Source: Balanoglossus misakiensis (Eukaryota; Animalia; Hemichordata). From it: 64,000 nucleotides of DNA. Of the stretch, positions 1-11,382 are shown in pieces. The stretch's first letter is position 1; each line of letters opens with the position of its first letter. The notes beneath the pieces are model-generated. The model saw nothing but the letters and a program-made list of their open reading frames with translations. It was not told where the DNA came from and ran no database searches. The position numbers were made by a program, and so were the translations under genes. Location: NCBI GenBank assembly GCA_040954595.2, contig CM082590.2, positions 930,001 through 994,000 on the forward strand, written 5' to 3'.

Positions 1-1036
1 TAAACAAACGAGGCTGTTTTTAAGCAACCATGGAAATTTAAACTCTATCCGTCGATCTACAGAGTCTAATGGAAAATGTTCTGAGGCGCATAGGCCTATC
101 ATGTGTTCTGCGTCTCAGAACAGAATTCGGTAAATAAACGAGGCTGTTTGGAAGCAACCATGGAAATTTTAGAACTATCCGTCGATCTACAGAGTCTAGT
201 GGAAAACTTTCTTATGCGCAGAGGCCTATCTATGTGTTCGGCGCCTCACAACAGAATTCGGTAAACAAACGAGGCTGTTTGGAAGCAACCATGGAAATTT
301 TAGAACTATCCGTCGATCTACAGAGTCTAGTGGAAAACATTCTTATGCGCATTGGCCTATCATTTGTTATGCGCATCACAACAGAATTTTGTAAACAAAC
401 GAGGCTTTGTTTGGAAGCAACCATGGAAATTTTAGAACTATCCGTCGATCTACAGAGTCTAGTGGATAACTTTCTTATGCGCATAGGCCTATCATGTGTT
501 ATGCGCATCACAACATAATTTTGTAAACAAACGAGGCTGTTTTTAAGCAACCATGGAAATTTTAGAACTATCCGTCGATCTACAGAGTCTAATGGAAAAT
601 TTTCTGATGCGCATAGGCCTATCATGTGTTCTGCGTCTCAGAACAGAATTAGGTAAATAAATGAGGCTGTTTGGAAGCAACCATGGAAATTTTAGAAATA
701 TCCGTCGATCTACAGAATCTAGTGGAAAACTTTCTTATGCGCATAGGCTTATCATGTTTTCTGCGCCTCACAACAGAATTCGGTAAACAAACGAGGCTGT
801 TTGGAAGCAACCATGGGAATTTTAGAACTATCCGTCGATCTACAGAGTCGGAAAACATTCTTATGCGCATTGGCCTATCATGTGTTATGCGCATCACAAC
901 AGAATTTTGTAAACAAACGAGGCTTTGTTTGGAAGCAACCATGGAAATTTTAGAACTATCCGTCGATCTACAGAGTCTAGTGGATAACTTTCTTATGCGC
1001 ATAGGCCTATCATGTGTTATGCGCATCACAACAGAA
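1..1036. repeat. ~130-bp tandem satellite, 8 copies (runs off window start), 4-unit higher-order structure
   Basis: Unit TAAACAAACGAGGCTGTTTGGAAGCAACCATGGAAATTTTAGAACTATCCGTCGATCTACAGAGTC... restarts at 1, 131, 262, 392, 524, 654, 784 and 910. Confidence 0.95.
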
Positions 1037-3082
1037 TAATGTTGACAAATACCTTTGTAAAACTCATACAGTTGATTTGATAGAACCTGATATTGAGACT
1101 GATCTTGACAAGCAAATCCCTATTGAATCACTAGCCCATACCGTCGGTGATACCACTGAATTTGCATGTGAGAGTAGCGCTCATGGTTCATCTGACGATA
1201 TGATCAGTGATGACCACGATGTCTTTGTTAGTGATATGTTTACTGTGGAAAATGTTCCAAATATGGGGCCTCCCAACCCAACCCTTGTTGATCACAGTGT
1301 TCCAGGCACTTATCCACTGGGCAATGATATGCAGTATTCTGAGTTATCAGATACTCCCGTGGGCGGGGATATCTGTCCCCCGTCGTCATGGCCACCAGCG
1401 TCACCCCTTGATTTAACAGAAGTTATAACCGTTCATGACATAGTTGTTGAATCAGGTTTACCAAATTCTCAATTTTGCAGAATACCCGTTCCATCAAACC
1501 TTCAAATCCCAATTTGGCGAGCCGAATTGCAGCAATATGATGACAAAATCATCTGCGATTACCTACAATATGGTTGGCCCGTCTACTATACAGCCTCAGA
1601 ATTGCCATACTCTACAGTGAAAAACCACCCATCAGCTATAAATTACTCGGCGCACGTCGACAACTGGATCATTAACGAAGTCGCAGCCGGGGCTACAGCG
1701 GGTCCGTTCTTAACTAACCCCCTTGCCACACCACTCAGTACTTCCCCCATTCAGAATGTCGAAAAAAAGATAGTGTTAATCGGCGTATAGTCTTTGATCT
1801 TAGTTCCCCAATCCACCATTCAGTAAATGACGGTATCCCCAAAGGGGAATATCTTGGGGAGAGTTTTCAGCTTCAATATCCTTCCATTGATGATTTCACT
1901 GCAATGATGACCCGTAAGGGCAGGGGATGCCTCCTATTTAAGCGCGATTTAAGCAGAGCTTATCGGCAAATACCAGTCGATCCAGCGGACTACCATTTGC
2001 TGGGCTACACGTGGCGTAATTTATTGTTCTTTGACCTTACATTGCCATTTGGCTTGCGAACCGCAGCGCTAGCCTGCCAGCGCACCACTAATGCGGTTTC
2101 TTATATATATTCCACGAAAGGGTATGACTGCTTTAATTACCTTGACGACTTCGGTGGTGCAGAGACCTCCAACACAGCCCACAAGGCATTTGCTGAGCTA
2201 GGTGACACACTGGATAGACTGGGTTTGCAAGAAGCCAAACACAAAGCGGTGCCCCCGTCATCAATCATGACTTTTCTTGGAATCCAGTTGAACTCCCTTA
2301 CAATGACTATGGAAGTTACTCCTGACCGGCTTAATGAAATAGAACAAGAGCTGGGTGTATGGGTCACTAAAACAAAAGCAACTAAGCGCGAGCTGCAACC
2401 ACTCATAGGCAAGCTTTCCTTTATTGCCAAAAGTGTCAAGCCTGGTAGGCTATTCCTGGCGAGAATGCTAGATGTGTTGCGTACTGTCACCCACAACCAC
2501 TACCATATCTATCTAAACCATGATTTCAAGGCAGATCTACCGTGGTGGATTAATTTCATTAGGGTTTATAATGGGGTGTATCTCATTAAAGAGTCAGGTT
2601 GGTGCCCGCCAGATGAAATATTTTCTTCGGATGCATGCCCAACAGGGGGAGGGGGACTTTGCGACGACGAGTATTTCCACGTGGAGTTCCCTGACTTTGT
2701 AAAGGTTGGGGACCCTCACATTAATGCCCTCGAATTACTCACTATTACTATAGCGGCAAAAATTTGGGGTGATAGATGGTCTGGAAAGAAAATACAGGTC
2801 TCTTGCGACAACCAGGCCACAGTTTGGGTCATTAATACCGGTAGAGCAAGGGATAAACTAATGCTGTCTTGCTTGAGGGAATTATGGCTGGTAGCAGCGA
2901 TTCACGAGTTTGAGCTACGTGCTGTGCACATCGCAGGCACCGAGAATCGTCTGGCTGATGCGCTCAGTCGCTGGCATCTTGACCCAAGTTATGAGCAACT
3001 CTTCAAATCATCTGTTAGTATTTCTCAAATGACCGAGCACCCAGTCGCCGAGGATGACATTCGCTTTCTCAATGAGTGGTGA
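1037..3082 (+). pseudogene. pol: DIRS-type reverse transcriptase/RNase H (frameshift in the A-run at ~1762-1769)
   Basis: ORFs 1014-1790 and 1904-3082: NHPSA, KRDLSRAYRQIPV, LPFGLR, NYLDDF, FLGI, RNase H SDAC, INALELL, CDNQA, NRLADALSR. Confidence 0.92.
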
Positions 3083-3103
3083 CTGATTTTATTTTTATTT
3101 CAG

Positions 3104-4100
3104 ATCACTGCCAAACTATCCAAGCCTTAGACGCTCAAATCGCTATCTCAATGAGGTCAGCATTAGCGGAAGGAACTCGTCGGAATTTAGCGTCACAGTT
3201 GAGAGTTACTTCCTGTTTTGTCAGTTTTTCAATTTTACTCCTGTTCCAGCATCTGTTCTTACAGTGTGTAGATTTATCCAGTTTCTTGCAAGATCAGTAA
3301 CTGCTACTGGCACCATTCAGAATTATTTGTACGCAATTAGTACCTTGCATAGAATCCATGGCTTCATGCCATTGGCCGCTGATCAGTATGTTGTCAAATT
3401 ACTTTTGAAAGGTCTTTCCCGTAGCACTTTCCAGCCAGTGAGGCAGAAATTACCCATCACCCCCCAGTTGTTGCTACAGTTTTTCGGGCTTTTAGATATG
3501 GCTGTTCCATTCGATGTTACTTTGTGGGCATGCCTTTTGATAGGGTTTTTCTCCTTTTTTCGAAAGTCAAATCTTGTTCCGAAGTCTGCAACCGACTTTG
3601 ATCCGGCTAAACACCTCTGTAGGGGTAAAGTCATTTCCTCAGATTCTGGCCTTATAATCGGCGTGACTTGGTCAAAAACCATTCAGTTTCGCGAACGCTG
3701 TTTGACTATTCCACTTGCCCGCATTCCAGGTTCAGTGTTATGCCCTTTACAGGCATACAATCACATGTGTGAGATCATCCAAGCCCCACCCTCTAGCCCA
3801 GCATTTGTTTTTCCCAAATGTGGCAAATTGGTCCCCTTGACCTATTCAGGGCTGGTGAAAAGTATCAAATGTTTAGTTCAGAGGGCAGGCTTTCCTGCTG
3901 ACATGTACTCGGGTCACAGCCTCCGTCGTGGGGGTGCAACCTTTGCATTCGAAAGTGGGGTCCCTGGGGAGCTTATCAAACTCCAAGGGGATTGGCAATC
4001 CAGCGCGTGTCTCCGTTATCTTAACATTCCATTTCAGACTCGTTATCTGGTGTCCTTTCAAATGGGTCAGCATCTTAAAGACATCTCCATGTCACACTGA
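3104..4100 (+). pseudogene. Tyrosine recombinase of DIRS-like element (frameshift ~3205)
   Basis: Catalytic motifs FFRKSNL, SKT, HSLRRGGA, GDWQS, LRYL. The N-terminus (SALAEGTRRNL) is in an adjacent frame. Confidence 0.92.
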
Positions 4101-4250
4101 TTTTACGGTGGCACTAGCAGAGAGGCGGACCGGGTTTGGCAGTGGTTGGGCCTGCAAGAGCCCCCAGTTCAAGTAAATAAATAATGGCTCTTGCCTTCAG
4201 CTGCCAAACCTGTGTCCTTGTTTGGTGTGTTAGAGAGATTTCAAGTAATT

Positions 4251-4429
4251 TACACTGATGCCATGTTGTTGAACGTTCGCTCAATCTGATGTGATTTTCT
4301 GTTTTTCTGTAAACAGTTTCACTGCGCGTGTACATCGTGAATAAATCGGTCTATCCAAAGCAATCGGAAGGCTGTTTTGTCCTTTGTAAGCGTGGTTGAC
4401 ACTTAGCGGGACCCCCCAACCCCGCGACA
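4251..4429 (+). repeat. Truncated 5' LTR of BEL element
   Basis: Matches 11204-11382 with ~3 mismatches; ends CCCCGCGACA. Confidence 0.92.
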
Positions 4430-4605
4430 GTGAAAATCTATGGTCCGTCGAGGAGCAAGGACATCTTGGATCCGTCAAGAGGAAAGGAAAAATCTGCGGA
4501 CCGTCGTCGGGAAGCAGTGAAAATCGAACGGAAAACCGGAAGTTAGAAACCTGCGTCTGTGAGCCGGAGGCAGCGAAAAGAAACACAGAAACATACAAAT
4601 ACAAG

Positions 4606-6515
4606 ATGAGTACTGACAACGGTGAAGCACTACCGGACGTCGGAGAAACGTCTACAAACAGAGACGAACTAGACAGAGCTGAAGAAGGACAAACACAACG
4701 TCCAGAAAACGTCGAACCGACACAGGAAGTTGAACAAACAACACAAGGTGGGTCACACCCCAATCCAGAGGACGCACTGGAAGGGCGCCCTCAACGGAGA
4801 AGAATGCCTACATACAAAGCATTACAGAACTCTGTATTGTCATCTGACAAAGATATGTCGATAATATGGAGCAGAACAAAAGAAACAATACTGAAACTGA
4901 GAGAAAATAGCAATCCCAGTGATGAACTCATTTTTGAAGTAAAGACACTTCCACATGAATATGATGCCACATGGCAGAAACTACGTGAACTTTATGAACA
5001 AGACAAAACAATGAAGCCAGTGAGTACAAACAACACTACACATCTGAATACAACAGAAATATGGACATGATAAATAGTGAGCTGAGAGACATATCAATCA
5101 GAAAAACACAACAGGCTCATCACAGCAGCCCAGCCCCTGAGAAAGCAGTTTCCATTGCGGGCACACAATTATCGATCACGTCTTCAAAGGCAAGTCTCAT
5201 ACGAGCCCAGGCATTAGCAGCAGCGGCAGCAGCAGCCAAAGAGGCAGAGTTTGAAATAATGATTGCTAGGAAAACAGCAGAGCTGACATCCACAGCCGTC
5301 AGACAACGAGCTGAGAATGAACTGAGGGAAGCTGAGTCCAGCGCTGACCTCCAGATCTTGCAAGCTGAGAAAAGAGCCGCGGTAGCGAAGGCAACAGCAG
5401 ATATCTATGAACAGGTATTGTGTGAGGAAGCCATACAAGCGCCACCCTTCACACCACAGCAAACTTCAAATGGCCACACCCTACGCTACAGTGCCCCCTC
5501 TGGACAGAACCAGACACACCCCCACCCGATTGCGGATTCCCCAGTATCCACACAGCACAGACAGACAGACGTCCATACACCGCCACAAGACAATTATGAA
5601 CCGAGACATGCAGCTGAGTCCCCTCCAAGTGAGTTTATCAGACTTTTAGCCCATCAACGCTTGCCACTACAGGAACCGGAAGTGTATGGTGGTGACCCCA
5701 TCATGTTCCTCCCATGGAAAAGAACATTTGATTCGATGGTACAGACAGCTTGCGTACCTACATCGGAGAAATTGTCATTTCTGAGTAAATACACCAAAGG
5801 CGAACCAAAGACAGTGGTTGATAGATTCAGACTGCGATATATACAAAATGTAGAAACAGCCTACAACGGCGCGTGGAAAGAATTAGAAGAGAGATTCGGA
5901 AACAAAGCAGTGATCACCGCTGTCATCATTAGGAAGCTGACCGCTTTCCCAAAGTTTCGACCGGACGACGGCCCGAAACTACGTGAACTGGCTGATCTGT
6001 GTAGCGACACACTAGCTCACATGAACGAACTTCCTGACTTGTGTACATTCAACACACCCCACAGACTGAACCCGGTGATAGAAAAGCTGCCTGCTTTCAT
6101 CGTCAACAAATGGAGAGAGAAAGTAACCGCTTACAAACAAGCCGAACAGAAGTTTCCACCATTCAGCTATTTCATACAATTCCTGGAAGCTGTATCCAGA
6201 GCACAAAATGACCCTGACATTCCCAAACTAGGCGGTTCATCATTCGCTGAAAGAACCAAATCCAGTCAACCATCGAGACCAACCGCTCGTGTCCACGTGA
6301 CAAGGACATCATCCGGTGACGGAAAACACTGCCACTTCCACGATGCTCCTGGACACGACCACACAGAATGTAAAGCATTCATGAAGAAAACTTCAGATGA
6401 AAAGACTGAACTGTGTAAGAAAAAGGACTGTGCTTCAAATGCACACAGATGCACCTGGCGAAAGACTTCAACATTTAAATATAATGCGACACCTGCAAAA
6501 GCAAGAAACATGTGA
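4606..6515 (+). pseudogene. gag: BEL gag (coiled coil, capsid-like region, Cys/His knuckles), frameshifted near 5000-5060 and ~6420
   Basis: ORFs 4396-5070 and 5061-6515: YGGDPIMF.PW, LSKYTKGEPK, LEERFG, IEKLP, CHFH..GH...EC. Later knuckles are in a shifted frame. Confidence 0.85.
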
Positions 6516-9500
6516 CCTGTCTTCACCGCCAACCCACTGAGATGACCAAACAACCCAGCGTTGTCACCAGTCGACATGAAGATGTTGACAGAGAAACAGT
6601 CACCACAAAGTGCACCAAGTGGAAGAAATGTCCAGGTGGACGCTCCTGCGGCAAGATCGTCCTGGCGAAGGTGTACAAGCGTGACAACCCAACAGACTTT
6701 GTAGAAACATATGCCGTGTTAGACGACCAGTCGAACGTCTGTCTAGGAGACACCAAGTTCTTCAACGCATTGAATATCCAAGGCCCTGAACTCGAATACG
6801 AGCTCTCGATATGCAGCTCACATGGAGAAATGAAAAAAGGAAGACGAGGCCCCGACCTCATCATAGAATCACTCGACGGTAAGAAGAGATTCCCCTTACC
6901 GGTCCTGCTGGAGAACGATGACATACCCAGCGACATGAATGAAATACCCACACCAGAAATCTGCGAGGCTTTCAAACACTTGCAACCGATTGCCGAGAAA
7001 ATTCCACATCTGAGATGCGATGTCGGAATACACCTCCTGATTGGCAGAAACTGCCCAGAACCACTGAAAATCAGAGAAACTAGAAACGGACCTGCAAACT
7101 CACCATGGGCTCAACGCACCGATCTCGGGTGGACAGTTTCAGGTGAACTGTGTCTAGAGACAGCGAGAGGCACCACTCGCGCATCAGTACATAGAACAGT
7201 GGCAACTGACTTCGCCACACCACAGGTTACCCAACCAATAAGGGAAAGACTGAAATGTGATCGTCACATCTACGTGAAGGAACCCATAATACCGAAACCC
7301 AGTGACTTTGGCAGTGACATCTTCATAGAAACGCCAGAAGATGACAAAAAGGCCCCATCCATAGAAGACAGACGCTTTGTGAGTATCCTGCAACAAGCGG
7401 CTCACACCAACGCGAAGGGAAACCTCGAACTTCCCCTGCCATTCAGGCAAGATCCAGCACACCTGCCCAATAACCGGCTACAGGCAATGAACCGTTTCAA
7501 CAATCTAGCGAAACTACTGGAACGAAAACCAGAGATGATGGAAAAATACCTAGAATTCATGGAAAAGATTATCCAACGTGGGCACGCCAGTCCAGTCCCC
7601 ACATCTGAGATCGACGCTGACAAGGCATGGTACCTGCCACACTTTGGCGTTTACCACCCGAAGAAACTACAGATCAGAGTAGTATTTGATTCCAGTGCGA
7701 AGTACAACGGCGTATCACTGAACGATGTGCTACTGCAAGGACCTGACCAGATGAACAGTCTCCTTGGCATCCTGCTACGATTTCGGCACGAATCCGTCGC
7801 AGTGATGGATGACATAGAACAGATGTTCCACAGTTTCCACGTCAACGAAGAACACAGAGACTACCTCCGTTTCTTCTGGTTTCAAGACAATGACCCCAAG
7901 AAACCTGTAATCCAGTACCGCATGAATGTCCATCTGTTTGGCAACGTATCCTCGCCAGCAGTGGCCACCTTCGGTCTAAGGAAGATAGCTGACGACTGCC
8001 TTGCCACGCATGGTGAAGATGTGAAGGAGTTTATCCACAGAAACTTCTACGTCGATGACGGACTCACTTCAAAGCCAGATGCAGCTACAGCCATTAGCCT
8101 CATCGAAAGAACGAGAGATATGCTCGCCACGAAAAACATCAACTTCCACAAGATTGTCTCCAACAACCGAGAAGTTATGGACACCATACCAGATGACATA
8201 CATGCCAAGGATCTGCAACAGCTAGATTTCGGCCAAGATGAACAACCAGAACAGAGATCACTAGGAGTACAGTGGTCCCTAGAGACAGACACTTTCACAT
8301 TCGATGTGGACCTGAAAGAGAAACCGTTCTCACGGCGGGGAGTACTAGCCATTGTAAATTCCATTTACGACCCCATTGGCATACTGGCACCTGTCTCCAT
8401 AGAAGGCAAACTCATCATGAGAAGTCTCACAACACTGTATGCAAACAAAGAAAACAAAGCAGGCTGGGATGATATACTGCCTGAAGACCACCTGCGAAGA
8501 TGGAAACGCTGGTGTGATAGTCTGCTCCATGTCAGAGATGTCCACCTACAGCGATGTTATATTCCTCCAAACTTTGGCCCCATAGCAAGACGTGAATACC
8601 ACATATTCTCAGACGCTAGCGACCTGGCCATTGGCGCAGTTGCCTACCTGCGACTCAGGGATCGCGAAGGTAACGTCAATGTTGCATTCGTCATGGGCAA
8701 AGCAAAAGTGAACCCAAAACACGCATTATCCATACCACGTCTGGAACTATGTGCTGCAGTCCTCGCAGCTGAAATGGCCCAGAAAATCAAAACAGAGATG
8801 AAGACCCCTGTCGACAGTGTGACATACCACACAGACAGTACCATTGTCTTAGGATACATCAACAACGAATCAAAACACTTCCACGTATATGTAGCAAACA
8901 GAGTCCAGAAGATCCACAGCGTATCTTCACCAAACCAATGGCGCCATGTCCCTACTGGCAACAACCCAGCTGACCTGGCATCTCGTACAGTTCCAGCCCA
9001 GCAACTGAACACAACTATCTGGCTACCAGGACCAGCATTTCTATGGCAACCAGACTATAACAGTGAAAGCGACACAACACTCAACAAGGACCCGAAAGAG
9101 TACAAGCTCAGTACAGACGACCCCGAAGTGCGCACTCAGCCACGTGTCATGGCCACCAGTGCCACCCCATCCAACGACTTGAAGACCGAGAGATTTCAAC
9201 GATTCTCCACCTGGTCATCTTTGAAGAGAGCGATAGCCACCATAGTAACCAGACTACGCCTCCATATGAAGAACCGAAACAACGGAAGGGAGGATGAACT
9301 GTCCCCTTACCAACACACGACTGATACACACACCACAGCAGAGATCATAATACTGAAGGAAGTTCAGAAGAAACACTTCCCCGAAGAGCTGAAAAGCCTG
9401 TCCGCTGCCAACAGAAGAGACACCTACATCATGGACCTACCAAGACGAAGTCCACTGTATGGATTGAACCCGTTCATAGACGACAAAGGACTGATCAGAG

Positions 9501-10735
9501 TTGGAGGCAGACTTCGACAAGCTGATCTTGACCTCAGTGGACGCCACCCAATACTACTACCGAAAGACAGTCATGTCTCAAGACTCGTGGTAGAACATTT
9601 CCATCGAGAAACACACCACCAAGGCCGCCAATTTAACCTTGCCACCATCCGAGCAAACGGCTACTGGATCCTAGGGTTACACAACCTCGTCAGAAGTGTA
9701 CTTCACCAGTGCACAGTGTGCAGAAGACTCAGAGCGAAACCGCTGACCCAGGCCATGGCAGACCTTCCTGCAGATAGGATGGAAAACACCCCACCATTCA
9801 CCAATGTTGGAATGGATGTATTCGGCCCCTGGAATGTATCAGCACGTAAAACCAGAGGTATATCGACCTCCAAACGATGGGCAGTCATCTTCGACTGTCT
9901 GTACACCACTGCAATACACATCGAAGTCATCGATTCGATGGACACTTCAGCCTTCATCAACGCCCTCCGCCGCTTCACAGCCATCCGAGGCCCAGTGAAG
10001 AAACTCAGGTGTGACCAGGGCACCAACTTTATCGGCGCAAGGAACAAACTTAGTGAAGCCATTAAAGAACGCAACCGAGATCACATAGAGAAGTATTTAA
10101 CAGAGAACAAACGCGAATGGATCTTCAATCCCCCTCATGCATCGCATTTCGGCGGTATCTGGGAGAGACAGATTGGCACAGTTAGGAAAGTCCTCAACTC
10201 CATGTACATCCAACTTGGCAAACCCCAGTTTACCCATGATCTGCTGACCACACTGATGGCGGAAATCTGTGCGATAGTCAACGCTAGACCTATCACACCA
10301 CTTTCTCCAGATGTTAACGACCCTCAAGCACTCAACCCGAACATGTTGCTCACCATGAAGATGCAACCTCTACCCCTACCCCCAGGTGTGTTTGACAAAC
10401 ACGACCTGTACAGCAGAAGACGCTGGCGACGCGTACAGTACCTAGCCGACCAATTCTGGGTGAGATGGAGAAAAGAATATCTGAAAAGCCGCCAGCTGAG
10501 ACGCAAGTGGAGCAAAACCACTACCGACCTACAGGAAGGAGATGTTGTCCTGCTATGTGACAAGGAATGCCCACGTAACAACTGGCCCCTTGCTCGCATC
10601 GTGAAGACCTACCCCAGCAGTGACGGAAAAGTCCGACGATCTGATGTGATGGTATGCAGAGATGGATCTCGACGAGTGTACCAGCGACCCATCAGTGAAA
10701 TTGTTCTGATTCATAGAGACAATGACAATAGTTAG
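6512..10735 (+). CDS. pol: BEL/Pao polyprotein: aspartic protease, RT, RNase H, integrase
   Basis: AVLDDQSN (PR); YLPHFGV, RVVFDSSA, FYVDDG (RT); FSDAS, IPRLELCAA, NPADLASR (RH); HHQG..CTVC, MDVFGP, CDQGTNF, GIWER, WPLARI (IN). Confidence 0.95.
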   Translation: MTCLHRQPTEMTKQPSVVTSRHEDVDRETVTTKCTKWKKCPGGRSCGKIVLAKVYKRDNPTDFVETYAVLDDQSNVCLGDTKFFNALNIQGPELEYELSICSSHGEMKKGRRGPDLIIESLDGKKRFPLPVLLENDDIPSDMNEIPTPEICEAFKHLQPIAEKIPHLRCDVGIHLLIGRNCPEPLKIRETRNGPANSPWAQRTDLGWTVSGELCLETARGTTRASVHRTVATDFATPQVTQPIRERLKCDRHIYVKEPIIPKPSDFGSDIFIETPEDDKKAPSIEDRRFVSILQQAAHTNAKGNLELPLPFRQDPAHLPNNRLQAMNRFNNLAKLLERKPEMMEKYLEFMEKIIQRGHASPVPTSEIDADKAWYLPHFGVYHPKKLQIRVVFDSSAKYNGVSLNDVLLQGPDQMNSLLGILLRFRHESVAVMDDIEQMFHSFHVNEEHRDYLRFFWFQDNDPKKPVIQYRMNVHLFGNVSSPAVATFGLRKIADDCLATHGEDVKEFIHRNFYVDDGLTSKPDAATAISLIERTRDMLATKNINFHKIVSNNREVMDTIPDDIHAKDLQQLDFGQDEQPEQRSLGVQWSLETDTFTFDVDLKEKPFSRRGVLAIVNSIYDPIGILAPVSIEGKLIMRSLTTLYANKENKAGWDDILPEDHLRRWKRWCDSLLHVRDVHLQRCYIPPNFGPIARREYHIFSDASDLAIGAVAYLRLRDREGNVNVAFVMGKAKVNPKHALSIPRLELCAAVLAAEMAQKIKTEMKTPVDSVTYHTDSTIVLGYINNESKHFHVYVANRVQKIHSVSSPNQWRHVPTGNNPADLASRTVPAQQLNTTIWLPGPAFLWQPDYNSESDTTLNKDPKEYKLSTDDPEVRTQPRVMATSATPSNDLKTERFQRFSTWSSLKRAIATIVTRLRLHMKNRNNGREDELSPYQHTTDTHTTAEIIILKEVQKKHFPEELKSLSAANRRDTYIMDLPRRSPLYGLNPFIDDKGLIRVGGRLRQADLDLSGRHPILLPKDSHVSRLVVEHFHRETHHQGRQFNLATIRANGYWILGLHNLVRSVLHQCTVCRRLRAKPLTQAMADLPADRMENTPPFTNVGMDVFGPWNVSARKTRGISTSKRWAVIFDCLYTTAIHIEVIDSMDTSAFINALRRFTAIRGPVKKLRCDQGTNFIGARNKLSEAIKERNRDHIEKYLTENKREWIFNPPHASHFGGIWERQIGTVRKVLNSMYIQLGKPQFTHDLLTTLMAEICAIVNARPITPLSPDVNDPQALNPNMLLTMKMQPLPLPPGVFDKHDLYSRRRWRRVQYLADQFWVRWRKEYLKSRQLRRKWSKTTTDLQEGDVVLLCDKECPRNNWPLARIVKTYPSSDGKVRRSDVMVCRDGSRRVYQRPISEIVLIHRDNDNS

Positions 10736-10877
10736 ATTTCATGTTCGAAACTTTTATCCTCTGATGTTTATTCTGAACAGAGTTCATACAGAGTTTAGAG
10801 TTAAAAATGTTATAGGCAAATTTATTATTTGGTTTTTGGTAAAAATACAATTTACTACTGTATTTTTAGACGGGGAG

Positions 10878-11382
10878 TGTATCGCGCCCAGTTCCCCTTG
10901 TATAGGCTTTCAGTAACGCCCCCTATTTCGTCATAGTTTTCTTTGGGATTCTATTTCCCATGAGGCATCAGGATGCGCATGCGTCCTTAGATAGACGAGA
11001 CGGCCACGCCGTGCAACTTAGAAAAGACAGCGACTCGACCCCACAGATGTAAGTTTATTTTCCTCTTTTTCGGACCTTTTACCGAACGGACTCTGATCTA
11101 TTTGTTCTATCAGATCTTTGTGTTATTCCGGTCTATTTGTTCATCCGGACGGATATTTGGTTCGACCATTGTTTGATGTTTTATGATGATTGTTCAGTTC
11201 ATATACACTGATGCCATGTTGTTGAACGTTCGCTCAATCTGATGTGATTTTCTGTTTTTCTGTAAACAGTTTCACCGCTCGTGTACATCGTGAATAAATC
11301 GGTCTATCCAAAGCAATCGGAGGGCTGTTTTGTCCTTTGTAAGCGTGGTTGACACTTAGCGGGACCCCCCAACCCCGCGACA
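10878..11382 (+). repeat. 3' LTR of BEL element (505 bp, TGT...ACA)
   Basis: Begins TGTATCGCG after the PPT, ends CGCGACA (short terminal inverted repeat). Confidence 0.9.

Larger units (their letters stand above)
1037..4250 (+). mobile_element. DIRS/Ngaro-like tyrosine-recombinase retrotransposon (5' part/gag missing, frameshifted)
   Basis: RT-RNase H ORF followed by a YR ORF. Boundaries are approximate (satellite on the left, BEL LTR remnant on the right). Confidence 0.9.
4251..11382 (+). mobile_element. BEL/Pao LTR retrotransposon, 5' LTR truncated
   Basis: gag-pol in PR-RT-RH-IN order with Pao motifs. The 179-bp 5' LTR remnant matches the end of the 3' LTR. PPT GGGGAG precedes the 3' LTR. 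Confidence 0.95.

Noticed and set aside
230-1039. Four ORFs in the first kb
   Set aside because: Translations of the 130-bp satellite on both strands.
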